The notes below the pieces were generated by a model that did no database searches, was not told the origin of the DNA, and saw only the letters and a list, made by a program, of their open reading frames with translations. Both the position numbers and the translations under genes were made by a program. A stretch of DNA of 64,000 nt from Macrostomum lignano (taxonomy: Eukaryota), in the NCBI GenBank assembly GCA_002269645.1, contig NIVC01001007.1:62001-126000 (forward strand). The letters are read 5' to 3'. Positions within the stretch are counted from its first letter, which is position 1; each line of letters starts with the position of its first letter. Of the stretch, positions 25,991 to 38,342 are shown piece after piece.

Positions 25991-27194
25991 AAGCGTCATG
26001 TCAGACATGAAAGGTGTCATGGAAAAATTAAATGCAGCTATAATGCTGTGCTGGGGAGAAAAACTGAGACGTCAAGGCTCTCAGAGAATAACTGAGATTA
26101 CGGGGGGGGGGGGTTTCTGAGATGTCAAAGCAAAAGTCAGAAGCTAATTCAAAGTTCATGTACTTTACTCAATTTTTTTTATTGCATTCTTTGTTGGCTC
26201 GCCACGGGAGGCGCTGATAGAAGAAGAGTCATGTAAAAAATAAAAGTAGCACTATATATACATAAAAGAAAAGTCATGTCGAAGTTAAAATATTCATTTG
26301 GGAATTGCTACGATGTCAAAGCTAGGTGGAAATCGTTATAGTGCTGTGATTCTTAAAGAAGGAATCACTAAAATGTCAAGGCTTAGGGGAGAAGAATTGC
26401 TGAGATTTCAAGGCTTTATGTTGGGTTAAAGTTAGGTTTAGGTCAGGTGTGGGTTGAGGGTTATATTTTATCGGGTTTCAAGGTTAACAGGGGATTTTTT
26501 AGATTTCAAGGTTTATGGGCGCCATCGCTGACATGTTAAGGCTTACGGGGGGAATAGCTGAGATGTCAAGGCTCACGGGGGTATAAATGAGATTTCAAGG
26601 CTAAAGTCAGAAGCTACATGTAGTTTATTGAAAACTTTTTATTACATTATTTGATGCCTCCTCAGGGGAGGGATCGCTGATTAAAAAAGCGTAATGTAAA
26701 AAATAAAAGAAGCTTCATGTCGAAGTTAAGATATTCATTTGGGAATCCCTACGATGTCGAGGCTTGCAGGGAATCGCTATAATGCTGTAGTAGTGCTATA
26801 ATGACTCTTAGAGAGAATTACTGAAATTTCAATGCTTTAGGGTTAGGTTAGGGTTAGGGTTAGAAGGTTGACAGATATTTTTAGATTTCCAAGGCTTATT
26901 GGGGGCATGGCTGAGATGTCAAGGGGGGAAGTTGATATGTTAAAGCTTGTGGGGGGGAATTACTGACATGTCAAGGCTTACAAGGTTTGATAGGAGATTT
27001 TTTAAGATTTCAAGGATACATGTAGCTTATTAAAAAAACGTGTATTGCATTTCTTTGGCTCCCCAACGGGGGGCGTAGATTGCTAGTTTTATCTAATCAT
27101 AGTTGTCGTCGCTATGTAAAGTAACACAAAGTCTTAGATAACTCCAAGATTTAATAATTAACAAAAAAATAAATGCTGTAAATTTTCATGCAAA

Positions 27195-28099
27195 ATGACT
27201 GACGTTCAGACAAATGGTGGCGGCCACAATGCCAAGTTCCGCCAGCAGCCGTCCTCTGCATCCGGACGGAACCGGAAACCCGGCGGTCACCAGCAGCAGC
27301 AGCAACAGCAGAATGCTGCCGCCGCTGTTCCGCCCGGCTTGGAAGGCGTCGACTCCGAGCTTAGACGCAAAGTCACCCAGCTGATGGAGATCAGCGGCTG
27401 CGACGCGGAATTAGCAGCCATTGCTTTGCACGACGCGGATGAGGATGTGGAGAAGGCGGCCGAACAGCTGCTCGAACAGCTTGAACAGCAAATTCTTCGC
27501 TCTGCTGGCGCCAGCGGCGAGGTTGGCGGCGGCGGTCAGGGGACTGGCGCAGCCCTGCCTGGTCCTGCCGCCGATTCCGTCGTGTCGGGCTGGACGGTCA
27601 AGCCAAAGAAAAAGGCCAAGGGTCAGCAGCAGCAGACGTCGGAGCTTCGATTCGACGAGCAGCAGCAAGCGGGATCTGCTTCTGCTTTTGGCAGCGGTGG
27701 CGCAGCCTCGTCTAAAGGTGCAGCTGGCGGTGGTGACAGATCCTCGAATCGACGTCAGCAGCAGCGTTCGGATCGAAGGACGCGCGGTGGTGCAGGGGTC
27801 AGCGCTGGACGTCGCGACGGCCCCTCTGCCGCAGCGGACGATCCGTCGTCGGCTTCGGCTGGTGCCGCCAGTGAGGACCGAGCAACACAGCGGCCGCCGA
27901 AATCCCAACGCGGAGGTGCTCGAGGCGGCGGTCGTCGCAGTGGCGCCTCGCGCGACCAGCAGCAACCGTCTCAGCGAGATGGCGATGTCGCCGCATCTGC
28001 CGAGGCGTCGAACGCGACTCGCGAGGTCCCTTGGGAGCCGGAGTCGGACGCCTGGAATGGAGAACCCAAGATCTTCACCAATTCTAGCCTGGCTGATAG
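27195..28099 (+). CDS. UBAP2L: UBAP2/UBAP2L/lingerer homologue, exon 1 (UBA domain, RGG region)
   Basis: KVTQLMEISGCDAELAAIALHDADEDVEKAAEQLLE matches the UBAP2L UBA (KVKQLIDITG...VIALHDCNGDVNRAINVLLE). Also WTVKPKKK, RGG repeats and EPKIFTNS (ETKIFTAS). Donor GT at 28100, phase 2. Confidence 0.85.
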
Positions 28100-28180
28100 G
28101 TGCGCTTTTATGCTGATTAATCGCTTCAGCTAGGCTTAATCCACCACCAGCCTTCCAGATCCTCAGTTGCTGGGCCAGCC

Positions 28181-28617
28181 CACAAAATCTAAAATAGCTA
28201 GATAGGCCACTCAGACACATATACTTAGTAAAACAGCTTTCTACTTTCAGTTCAGTAGCAAAGAAGAATACAGAAGCTATTTTATAAAAATAAAGGCAGC
28301 TGAAATTACTTTGATAAGTTTTGAAGCCCAAGCTTACAGGCGTAAGCAACTTACTATTTGGTTCAGCAATAATGTACATTGGCCAGTCCACTGAAATGTA
28401 CATGGCAGCTTTAGGCTGAAATTCCGAGAAAGGCAATAAAAAATGGGGCGGGGTGTAGTGTGAAAAGGCGCGGCTGGAGGGTTTAAGCTTGGGAGAGCCA
28501 ATAAATAAACCTTGACTTTAAAAATACATTAAAATGCACTGTTTAACTTACTACTGAACTGAAAGAAGCTTACCCGCAAATTTTCTGAGTGGCCATCTAG
28601 TTATTCTAGTATCTGTG
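28181..28617. mobile_element. hAT-type MITE copy 1 (437 bp), UBAP2L intron 1
   Basis: cacaaa...tctgtg ends, about 75-bp imperfect TIRs, 8-bp TSD ggccagcc. Confidence 0.85.
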
Positions 28618-28828
28618 GGCCAGCCTCCCAGATCCTCAGTTGCTGGACCAGCCTCCCAGATTCTCAGTTGCTGAGCCACCACTAGCCTGCCAGATGTGAG
28701 CCCTATCTTTTATCGGCAGATAAGAACTTCTAGAAAAGCTTCCTTAGCATTTTGGGGGTAATATTTGGGCCCAAGCATTATTTTGAAACCTAATTCGCAA
28801 CACATTCAAACACATTTTCGCACTTCAG

Positions 28829-29012
28829 TAAAGCAGCAAATGACAGCTCATCGAACGCCCAGCCCGACGCTGCAACTCATCCTGCCGATGCCTCTGACTC
28901 GGAGTCTGGTCAGCAATCGCAGCTGTATCCGCAAGCACCCGTTAGTAGCTATAGCAACAGTTTGGCCGCCTACAACAAATTGGCAACTGAAGAGCTTAAA
29001 AGCACATTGAGG
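28829..29012 (+). CDS. UBAP2L: UBAP2L homologue, exon 2
   Basis: Acceptor cacttcAG and donor GTGAG; 184 nt gives phase 2 to 0; YNKLATEELKSTLR|IG resembles a lingerer motif. Confidence 0.75.
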
Positions 29013-29045
29013 GTGAGTTTTGCTTTGTTTTTCCACTGTTTGTTA

Positions 29046-29315
29046 TCTGATTGGTCAGGAGAAGTTTGGGTGTATCTTGTTGCTTTCTGATTGGTCAGGA
29101 GAAGTTTGGGTGTAGCTTGTTGCTTTCTGATTGGTCAGGAGAAGTTTGGGTGTATCTTGTTGCTTTCTGATTGGTCAGGAGAAGTTTGGGTGTAGCTTGT
29201 TGCTTTCTGATTGGTCAGGAGAAGTTTGGGTGTATCTTGTTGCTTTCTGATTGGTCAGGAGAAGTTTGGGTGTAGCTTGTTGCTTTCTGATTGGTCAGGA
29301 GCAGTTTGGGTGTAG
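29046..29315. repeat. 40-bp intronic tandem repeat (about 7 units), each with ctgattggtcag
   Basis: Period of 40 read directly. Confidence 0.92.
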
Positions 29316-29437
29316 CTTCTTACTTCTGATTTGTTAGCAACAGTCGGGATGCATATTCCTGTCTGATTGGCTAGTGAGATTCGCAATCTGTAACTTGATT
29401 AGTCATCCCTGGCCACACAATGCTTCTAAAATTGCAG

Positions 29438-30205
29438 ATTGGTCAACAGCAGATGCTGCCAACTCAATCAAGCGACAAGCCTGCTGCACTTCCTAATCAA
29501 CTGGCCCGTTCGAAGACTCCGCCGCCTTGCGAGCGGCCCCGTCAACCAGTAGAAATGGTGCCGCCAGTTTGCACCCAGGGCTCAGCGCTGGGCGTTCGAT
29601 TTGGCAGCTTTTCGCCCCCAGCCAGTCCGCCTCCGCCAACGTCGCTGCCGATGCCGCAAGTGGCTTCTCTTGCTGGCGTGTCCTCTACATCTGGCACAGG
29701 CGTGGACAGTGTTGCAGAGGCCGCGGCTGCTTTGCTATTAACGGTGAATAATCAGGCATCGCCTAAGCAGCCGCAGCAGCAGCAGCAGTCGCTAATCCAT
29801 CCCGTATCAACCGCGTCCTCTAATATTTCTCAGCCAGTGTCTATGGAGGCTCCGCCCGTCTCTATGCCGCCGCCTTCGCTGCCTTCCCAATCGGCGCAAC
29901 CGCCGCCGTCTAATATTCTAGCTGGACCTGCCGGTACAAGCGGGGACAGTGTCGGAAGTCGGACGGTCGTCTATCAGCAGCAGCAGCAGCCGCCGCCGCC
30001 GCCTCCGCCATCTGTTGCCATGCAACAGCAGCGTGGCGGTTCTCCGTTTAACGCTTCCGGCGTGCCGAAGCCCCTAGCACAACAGCAGCAGCAGCAGCAA
30101 GCGTTTAAGCTAGCGCAACAGCAGCAACAGCCACAGCAGTCGCAACAACCTGGCGCTGTTGGATGTCGAGTGCTGCCTTCATCTGCATTGTCGACTAGTG
30201 GCGGA
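29438..30205 (+). CDS. UBAP2L: UBAP2L homologue, exon 3 (P/Q-rich, LGVRFGSF)
   Basis: Acceptor ttgcAG and donor GTAAGT at 30206; phase 0/0; LGVRFGSF resembles the UBAP2 LDVQFG motif. Confidence 0.78.
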
Positions 30206-30267
30206 GTAAGTGTGTCCCACAGTGGGCTGGAGGGGATCGCATTTAAGTAATCTTTATTACCCCTGGG

Positions 30268-30895
30268 GTAGGTTCTTACCCCCCAATAAGAATCGGTTAT
30301 TGTAATCCCCCAGTAAAAATCGGTTATTGTAGTTCCCCCCAAATAAGAATCAGTTATTGTAGTTCCCCCCAGTAAGAATCGGTTATTGTAATCCCCCCCA
30401 AGTAAAAATCGGTTATTGTAATTGCCCCCCAATAAGAATCGGTTATTGTAATTCCCCAGTAAGAATCGGTTATTGTAATTGCCCCCCAATAAGAATCGGT
30501 TATTGTAATTCCCCAGTAAGAATCGGTTATTGTAATTGCCCCCCAATAAGAATCGGTTATTGTAATTCTCCGAGTAAAAATCGGTTATTGTAATTGCCCT
30601 AGTAAGAATCGGTTATTGTAATTCCCCAGTAAAAATCGGTTATTGTAATTGCCCCAGTAAGAATCGGTTATTGTAATTCCCCCTAGTAAGAATCGGTTAT
30701 TGTAATTCCCCCTAGTAAGAATCGGTTATCGGTTATTGTTATTCCCCCCAGTAAGAGTCGTAAGTAATTCTCCCAGTAAAGATCGGTTATTGTAGTTCCT
30801 CCAGTAGGGATTGGTTATTGTAATTCTCCCTGTAAAAATCCATGGTAATTCTTAGGAATTAGAAAACAGGAATTACTCCTTGTAATTCCCCTGAC
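30268..30895. repeat. About 30-bp intronic minisatellite (cccagtaagaatcggttattgtaatt)
   Basis: Read directly. Confidence 0.92.
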
Positions 30896-30974
30896 TAAGA
30901 TCCAATTGTTGTGCATTCCCTCGATCAGGACCGGCTCCTATTTCATGAAACCCCCCCCCCCATCCTTACTGCAG

Positions 30975-31493
30975 TCACACAGCTCAGCCGGTCTCTATGG
31001 TTCAGGCGCCGATCCAAACGACTCTTTCGCCAAGCAGCAATTGCAACAACAACAGCAGCAGCAGCAGTACTCGATGCAGCAGGCAAATTCTAACAATAGC
31101 AGCAGTATTGCAGCTTCTCTTCCTAAGCAGCAACAGCAGCAGCAGCAGCCGCCGCCTCCACCTGGTCTTCAGTCTACCGGTTCGGTTAATTATATGCCTG
31201 TTTCACAGCTGCAGCAGCAACAACAGCAGCAACAGCAGCCAGACTGGAGTCAGGAGCCAGTTCAAACTTATCTCAATCACGTCCTAGCAATTCAGAGACA
31301 GATGCTAGCGGACGCCACTGAGAAGCTCTACCAGCAGCAGCAGGATCGCAAACCCGGTGGTCAAGATGGCGCGGCCGCCACGGCCGCCGCTATGGCGTCG
31401 GCTCCGCCTCCCTGGCTTTATCCGCAATTTTTCCAACAGTTCACCAGTCCGCCGCCGCAGCATCAGCCGCATCAACTGTTGGTGCCGCCTCAG
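30975..31493 (+). CDS. UBAP2L: UBAP2L homologue, exon 4 (poly-Q)
   Basis: C-rich tract plus ctgcAG acceptor ending at 30974 gives phase 0 in the poly-Q frame; donor GTGAG at 31494. Confidence 0.72.
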
Positions 31494-31589
31494 GTGAGGG
31501 TGCTCCATTTTTTCAGTATAGTACTGCACGCTTAATATACTAGTAATTGAAACATTTCTATTTACTCACATACTCTGGTGTTAGAGGTA

Positions 31590-33073
31590 TCCAGTTCCTC
31601 GTCTTGTCTGAAGGATCTTGTCCAGTTCTTCACATTGTCTGAGAGATCTTGTCCAGTTCCTCAACTTGTCTGAGAGATCTTGTCCAGTTCCTCAAGTTGT
31701 CTGAGAGATCTTGTCCAGTTCCTCAAGTTGTCTGAGAGATCTTGTTCAGTTCCTCACATTGTCTGAGAGATCTTGTCCAGTTCCTCAAGTTGTCTGAGAG
31801 ATCTTGTTCAGTTCCTCACATTGTCTGAGAGATCTTGTCCAGTTCCTCAAGTAGTCTGAGAGATCTTGTCCAGTTCCTCAAGTTGTCTGAGAGATCTTGT
31901 CCAGTTCCTCACCTTGTCTGACAGATCTTGTGCAGTTCCTCAAGTTGTCTGAGAGATCTTGTCCAGTTCCTCACCTTGTCTGACAGATCTTGTGCAGTTC
32001 CTCAACTTGTCTGAGAGATCTTGTGCAGTTCCTCAACTTGTCTGAGAGATCTTGTCCAGTTCCTCAACTTGTCTGAGAGATCTTGTCCAGTTCCTCAAGT
32101 TGTCTGAGAGATCTTGTCCAGTTCCTCACCTTGTCTGACAGATCTTGTCCAGTTCCTCAAGTTGTCTGAGAGATCTTGTCCAGTTCCTCAAGTTGTCTGA
32201 GAGATCTTGTCCAGTTCCTCACCTTGTCTGACAGATCTTGTCCAGTTCCTCAAGTTGTCTGAGAGATCTTGTCCAGTTCCTCACCTTGTCTGACAGATCT
32301 TGTCCAGTTCCTCACCTTGTCTGACAGATCTTGTGCAGTTCCTCAACTTGTCTGAGAGATCTTGTGCAGTTCCTCAACTTGTCTGAGAGATCTTGTCCAG
32401 TTCCTCAACTTGTCTGAGAGATCTTGTGCAGTTCCTCAAGTTGTCTGAAAGATCTTGTCCAGTTCCTCGTCTTGTCTGAAAGATCTTGTCCAGTTCCTCG
32501 TCTTGTCTGAAAGATCTTGTCCAGTTCCTCAACTTGTCTGAGAGATCTTGTCCAGTTCCTCAACTTGTGTGAAAGATCTTGTCCAGTTCCTCGTCTTGTC
32601 TGAAAGATCTTGTCCAGTTCCTCGTCTATTCTGAAAGATCTTGTCCAGTTCCTCGTCTTGTCTGAAAGATCTTGTCCAGTTCCTCGTCTATTCTGAAAGA
32701 TCTTGTCCAGTTCCTCGTCTATTCTGAAAGATCTTGTCCAGTTCCTCGTCTATTCTGAAAGATCTTGTCCAGTTCCTCGTCTTGTCTGAAAGATCTTGTC
32801 CAGTTCCTCGTCTATTCTGAAAGATCTTGTCCAGTTCCTCGTCTTGTCTGAAAGATCTTGTCCAGTTCCTCAACTTGTCTGAGAGATCTTGTCCAGTTCT
32901 TCAACTTGTCTGAGAGATCTTGTCCAGTTCTTCAACTTGTCTGAGAGATCTTGTCCAGTTCTTCAACTTGTCTGAGAGATCTTGTCCAGTTCCTCAACTT
33001 GTCTGAAAGATCTTGTCCAGTTCCTCAACTTGTCTGAGAGATCTTGTCCAGTTCCTCAACTTGTCTGAGAGAT
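31590..33073. repeat. 31-bp intronic minisatellite (gatcttgtccagttcctcaacttgtctgaga)n
   Basis: Read directly. Confidence 0.95.
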
Positions 33074-33823
33074 TTCTTGCCCAATATTTCACAAGTTAAA
33101 TTCACTTTTCTCTTCGACATTATTTGTCTCTTGTAAATATCAATCGCCAAACTTGAAAAAGAAACATTTTTATTGCTTACTGCTATTTTTTCTTATTATG
33201 TTAGTATACATCTATTAGTATTACAATATTATTATTATTATTATGGTATTTGTGGCCATTGCACGCAAGCGCTAATTTCATTTAAACTATTTTAATAAAC
33301 CTGAGCTTCTTATTCGTTGTAAAAAGTAGTTACTCGTGCAGATAATTCTGTGGTCTTAATTTTATATTAATCTTTACTAATTTGCCGTCCTGTAACTCCT
33401 CCCATTAACAATCTCTTCAAGGTTCAAATGGTAATTATCTTTCTTATTAAATCGCATTCAGTTTTAATGTACTGCTTTTATGGTAACTTGGGCGCGCTGT
33501 GTCTGTCCGTATGCCATTGTACTTGTACTCTTAGTTCTTGTGAGAAGTTTCATAAAGCTGTTTCCAATTTACGAGCCACGGGCATGGGCAAGCAACACAG
33601 TCGGATTGCACGTAGTAACTCTCGTATAGAATCTCTACCTCCTTGGTATGCAATCAGCAACGTGTTGAAAGTTTCCACCACGAAACCCATGGTCAAATAT
33701 TTTCAACTGTGGTTTATGCAATTTGCGTCGGCAAGACTTTAGCTTATGCTAGTAAGGAGAGCGGTAGAGAGTTATGTCTAGTTGGATTAAAGCTGCCGCT
33801 TGTTTTTGACCACTGGTTTAGGG

Positions 33824-34229
33824 CACAGATTCTAAAATAACTAGAAGGGCCAATCAGGCATACGTACTTAGTAAAACGCCTTTCTACTTTCTGTTCAGTA
33901 GCAAAGAAAAATACATAAGCTGAAATGACTTTGTTAAGTTTAGAAGCCAAGCTTGCAGGCGTAAACAACTTGCTGATTGGTTCAGTAATGCCAATATTGT
34001 ACATTATAGCCGGTCCACTGAAATGTACATGGCAGCTTTAGGCTCGAATTCCGAGAAAGGCAATAATTGGGGCGGGGCGGTGGGTTTAGACTGGAGGGTA
34101 AGCGCCAAAAAAAGAATGAGCTTTGGCTTTTAAAATAAATTAAATGCTTCTCTTCAACTTACTACTGAACTGAAAGTAGCTTACACACAAATGTGCTGAG
34201 TGGCCCATCTAGTTGTTCTAGTATCTGTG
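33824..34229. mobile_element. hAT-type MITE copy 2 (406 bp), UBAP2L intron 4
   Basis: Same family as 28181-28617; cacaga...tctgtg ends; 8-bp TSD gtttaggg. Confidence 0.85.
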
Positions 34230-34603
34230 GTTTAGGGTTGGAAACTTAAAAATATTGCTGACTGTAGATCTCGTTTGCCATCCTATCTCAATACTTCTGT
34301 TGATTTTGCTAATTGCAACTTAGCGCTAGTTTTAGTTTAGTGTCTATATTTTTAATATCTAACTTATTTTAATTGCCTTTAAAATTAGTGGCAGTTGTAT
34401 TACATATTATTGATTTTTTATGTTTTGTATCGTCCAAAATTGATCTTGACCTCGCAACAACACTGTTTTGCTTTGTGATTTAAGTAAAGATGGTGTTTTT
34501 TTAAATAAATTTATCCTGTCCCAGCTTACCCACTGTCTAGTCGCCTATTTCTGTGCTGCCTGTACCAGCGTGCATTATGTAACCAACCCATCGATAGAGG
34601 GGA

Positions 34604-34980
34604 GCTATCGATTTAATTCGTGGTCATCCAACCAACCCTCACCCCCTTAACTTCCTATCCTCTGTTATCTGCGCCTGTGCGTACTTGGCTGGGCGAGTGA
34701 GGGAGCTATCGATTTAATTCGTGGTCATCCAACCAACCCTCACCGCCTTAACTTCCTATCCTCTGTTATCTGCGCCTGTGCGTAATTGGCTGGGCGAGTG
34801 AGAGAGAGGCTATCGATTTAATTCGTGGTCAGCGAAACAACCCTCATCACCCCCTTAACTTCCTATCCTCTGTTATCTGCGCCAGTGCGTGATGGGCTGA
34901 GCGAGTGAGGGAAAGCTATCGATTTAATTCGTGGTCAGCGAAACAGCCCCACCCCCTCCCCTAACTGTTATCTGCGGCTG
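34604..34980. repeat. About 101-106-bp tandem repeat, about 4 diverging units
   Basis: gctatcgatttaattcgtggtca recurs at 34604, 34705, 34809 and 34915. Confidence 0.88.
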
Positions 34981-35392
34981 GGTAGGGTTAGAGTTTGTGC
35001 AATTATCAGTCGGTCTCACTATTATGCCGCAAATCGTGTCCTTAGCGTATTTGCATTATGCGTTATCTTAGTTTGACTAAAAACTACACACTACTTAATA
35101 TAAAGTTACATTGCAAATCTGTTTGTCGAACAATAAATTATTTTATAATTGGGCATATCGATTTATGCCTATTTATTGGAAATCATACTGAGAAACATCG
35201 AAAAGTCGCTATCGCTACCCGTATCGCCATTGAACAAATCCACTTGCATAAATGAAAAATGATTCACTATCTTTAATTAACAAATTAACCTTCAATCTTT
35301 CATACTGTAGTTAATAAGATAGCTGCTGCATAATTTATTTTACTAATTACATGTATTCATAAATCGCTTCCAATTAATCTACCTATGTACAG

Positions 35393-35920
35393 GTGACATC
35401 AAAGGCCGGCGCATTTGGCTACGGTTCAGCCAATAGCTACGAACAATCGCAGGGTGTCGGTCCAGATGATTATAATCAGGCTAAGCTGCACCAGCAGCAT
35501 CAACAACAACAGCAGCAGCAGCAGCAGCAACATCAGCAACAGCAGGCCAGCGGTGGGCCGCCAAAGTCGGTTGTTCAACAGCAGCAACAGCCTGGCGGTG
35601 GGCCGATGTTCCATCATCACAAGGCGCCTAGTCATCACGGTATGACTGGACCAATGGGTTACTATGGCCCACCGCATCAGCAGCAGCAGCAGCAACAGCA
35701 GGCTGGTCAGCAGGCTCAGCAGCCGCCGCCAGTGGCTGGTATAATGTCCGTACCGCCGCCATCTCTGCTGCCCCACCAGCAGCTGCCGCCGCCGCCTCCG
35801 CCGCCGCCGCCCGGCCACATGGGCTCTAACAGCGGCGGCGACCCGATGAAAAATCTGAAACCAAAAGGCCAGCAGGCCTTCTGGGCGGTCATCATTATTG
35901 ATCGGCTACTGATCGATTAA
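35393..35920 (+). CDS. UBAP2L: UBAP2L homologue, exon 5 (last coding exon)
   Basis: Acceptor gtacAG, phase 0; GAFGYGS, Q/H/P-rich tail, terminal aromatic FW. The five exons total 2904 nt (967 aa plus stop). Confidence 0.75.
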   Translation: MTSKAGAFGYGSANSYEQSQGVGPDDYNQAKLHQQHQQQQQQQQQQHQQQQASGGPPKSVVQQQQQPGGGPMFHHHKAPSHHGMTGPMGYYGPPHQQQQQQQQAGQQAQQPPPVAGIMSVPPPSLLPHQQLPPPPPPPPPGHMGSNSGGDPMKNLKPKGQQAFWAVIIIDRLLID

Positions 35921-37825
35921 ATCTCTAAACAAAAGTCTATTGACAAATCGATGCAACATCTGAGGAAAAATTAAATAAAAACCGAGGAAACGCCGCTAAA
36001 CGAACGCGCAGTCTATCTAATTAACTAATTCAGCTAATTAATTGTCCGAATTATTTTGACAATTATTATTATTATTATTATTAGACGACGCAACTTTAAA
36101 AAACAAAGGCGAGACTCGAGAACCCTCCTGCCCGCCCCCACTCTCCCGTGAAACCCAGTTCCATTTTTTCAGTTTCTTTTTTGTTTGCTTTTGCCCGTTA
36201 GTATCTACTATATATTGCTTTAAGTAGTTTGTGCACACACACATACATGCGCGACCTCCAAAATTCGGTCGGCCGTGCGACTTAGTTTTAACAAAAATGC
36301 GACGTAGTTGTTGGCCAAAAATGCGACTTACATGTAAAAAACGCAAATAACGCAACTTTGGGTAAACGGCAGGAGTAACTATGACTGTCTTATAAAGGCA
36401 AAATGCCTCGTCAGCTACTTAGTACCACTACTTCGTGTTTTTCGCGTGGGCATTTTTGCGACTTCCATGGTTGGCCGCCAAATCGGTCGGCCGGATCGGC
36501 CGACTCGGCCGACTGTTGCGCATGTATGCACACACAACACACACACACGCAGACTTCGCTCGCATGCTTAACATGAATGATAATAAGCAGTAGTGGTTAT
36601 TATTCATTTGTCCCCATTTGCGTCTGCTTCAGTTTGTTTCAGTTTTCTGTTTGTAAAACTTTTCTTCGTCTCAGTAATGTGCGTCTCTGCCATTTATCTC
36701 GCTTCGAGTCTGAGAGGGCGTACTGCATATATGCACTACTATTATTGTGCTGAATGTACATGTATGTAAGTATATGTTCTATCTCTTTAGTTTGCCTGTA
36801 CTTGTAAGATTTATGTCAGTGGTTTAGTGTTGCGTTGTTTTTTTGTTTTATTATTACTGTCCTGGTGTATATGCATTATTATTACTAATGAGCATTATTA
36901 ATTTAGTTGCTACGGGAGTCTATCCGTTTGTTTGTTTGTTTGTTTATCCAGAGGACTGCAAGGTTTGAAGCAGAAATCAACCAAAATTTTCTATTTATTA
37001 CAACTATTTTTGCACCTTAATACAATTTTTATATTATTACATACTGTCCATATTACTGTGTTGTACTACTTTACTAATAGTAATATGTGTAATTTATTCA
37101 GTTTTATTAACGAAATGTGTTCACAATGCTAAACAACTCAACTAGTTCAGCGAGAACAGAACTAGTAAGCTTATTGTCTACTGTTGGAAAACGGAAATTA
37201 TCATTTTTATAATAATTGTTTGTCAGCTACAATATTTAATCCACTTCTATACATATATAAATCGATCTCGCCCGGGGGAAAAGGATTAAAAATGCGTTTT
37301 CGTCTACTTAAAGTAGACTGAGTTCTCGCGTATCCAGGTTTAATCGCTTGTTATAAAAAATAACTGTCTTTACAGAAGCCTCTCATTTAATTTACTGATT
37401 TATATTAATAATAATTATACTATATCCAAGTCTGTTTGCCATCGTTTCCATGGAAAAAATCCAATTTTTCTGTTTCCTAACAACAGCTAAAGTTTGATAT
37501 ATTCTACTATGATACTGAGAGAATCTAGTAGAATGCGCTATATACTACTAACTGAGAGAGTAAACAAAATATACTAGTAGTTAATGATGCATACGCGCGC
37601 AAGAAAAAGCCCCTTTTTTACCCAGCTCATCTCCCCTAAAACTGAAAGTTTGCGCGGCCCGGCAACACATTTTGTTCGGCGTACAAAAGCAACAAAAATT
37701 CTTGATTGTCTTACTTGTAAAGAAGCTCGCCTTGCTTCATTTCTTTTGGCATTTAGAAGCAAACTTTGTATTGCTTCAATTGAAATTTAAGACGGTTTTT
37801 ACGTGCTTAACTTGACTGTAGATCA

Positions 37826-38232
37826 GAGACGGGAGAAGAGAGGAGAGGTGAGAGCAGGGGAAGCGGAGATAAGAGAGGAGAGGTTGAGAGCAAGGGAAGC
37901 GGAGATAAGAGAGGAGAGGTGAGAGGAGGGTAAGCGGAGATAAGAGAGGAGAGGTGAGAGCAAGGGAAGTGGAGATAAGAGAGGAGAGGTGAGAGAGTGG
38001 TAGCGGAGATAAGAGAGGAGAGGTGAGAGCAAGGGAAGTGGAGATAAGAGAGGAGAAGTGAGAGCAGGGGAAGTGGAGATAAGAGAGGAGAGGTGAGAGC
38101 AAGGGAAGTGGAGATAAGAGAGGAGAGGTGAGAGGAGGGGAAGTGGAGATAAGAGAGGAGAGGTGAGAGCAGGGGTAGCGGAGATAAGAGAGGAGAGAGG
38201 CGAAAGATCAGAGACACGATGAGGTGACAAGA

Positions 38233-38264
<32 letters not shown>
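37826..38264. repeat. 35-bp GA-rich minisatellite followed by (GA)n
   Basis: ggagataagagaggagaggtgagagcaagggaagt units. Confidence 0.9.
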
Positions 38265-38269
<5 letters not shown>

Positions 38270-38300
38270 AGGTCACGGCGTGTTTAAAAAAATTTTAATA

Positions 38301-38342
38301 TTGGCTACCGGTTTCGAGTCTCTGGCCTCTTCGTCAGGCAAG
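38301..38342 (-). ncRNA. Minimal type I hammerhead ribozyme (weak stem I)
   Basis: UUGC CUGACGA A GAG-gccagaga-CUC GAAA C CG GUA GCCAA: intact core, palindromic ACCGGU stem III, GUA triplet. Confidence 0.62.

Noticed and set aside
26838-26862. Interstitial telomere or chromosome fusion site
   Set aside because: Only about four imperfect TTAGGG units in one orientation; such motifs are common inside repeats.
30930-30974. Acceptor at tcgatcAG suggesting a frameshift in the poly-C run of UBAP2L
   Set aside because: The downstream ctgcAG at 30974 restores phase without invoking an error.
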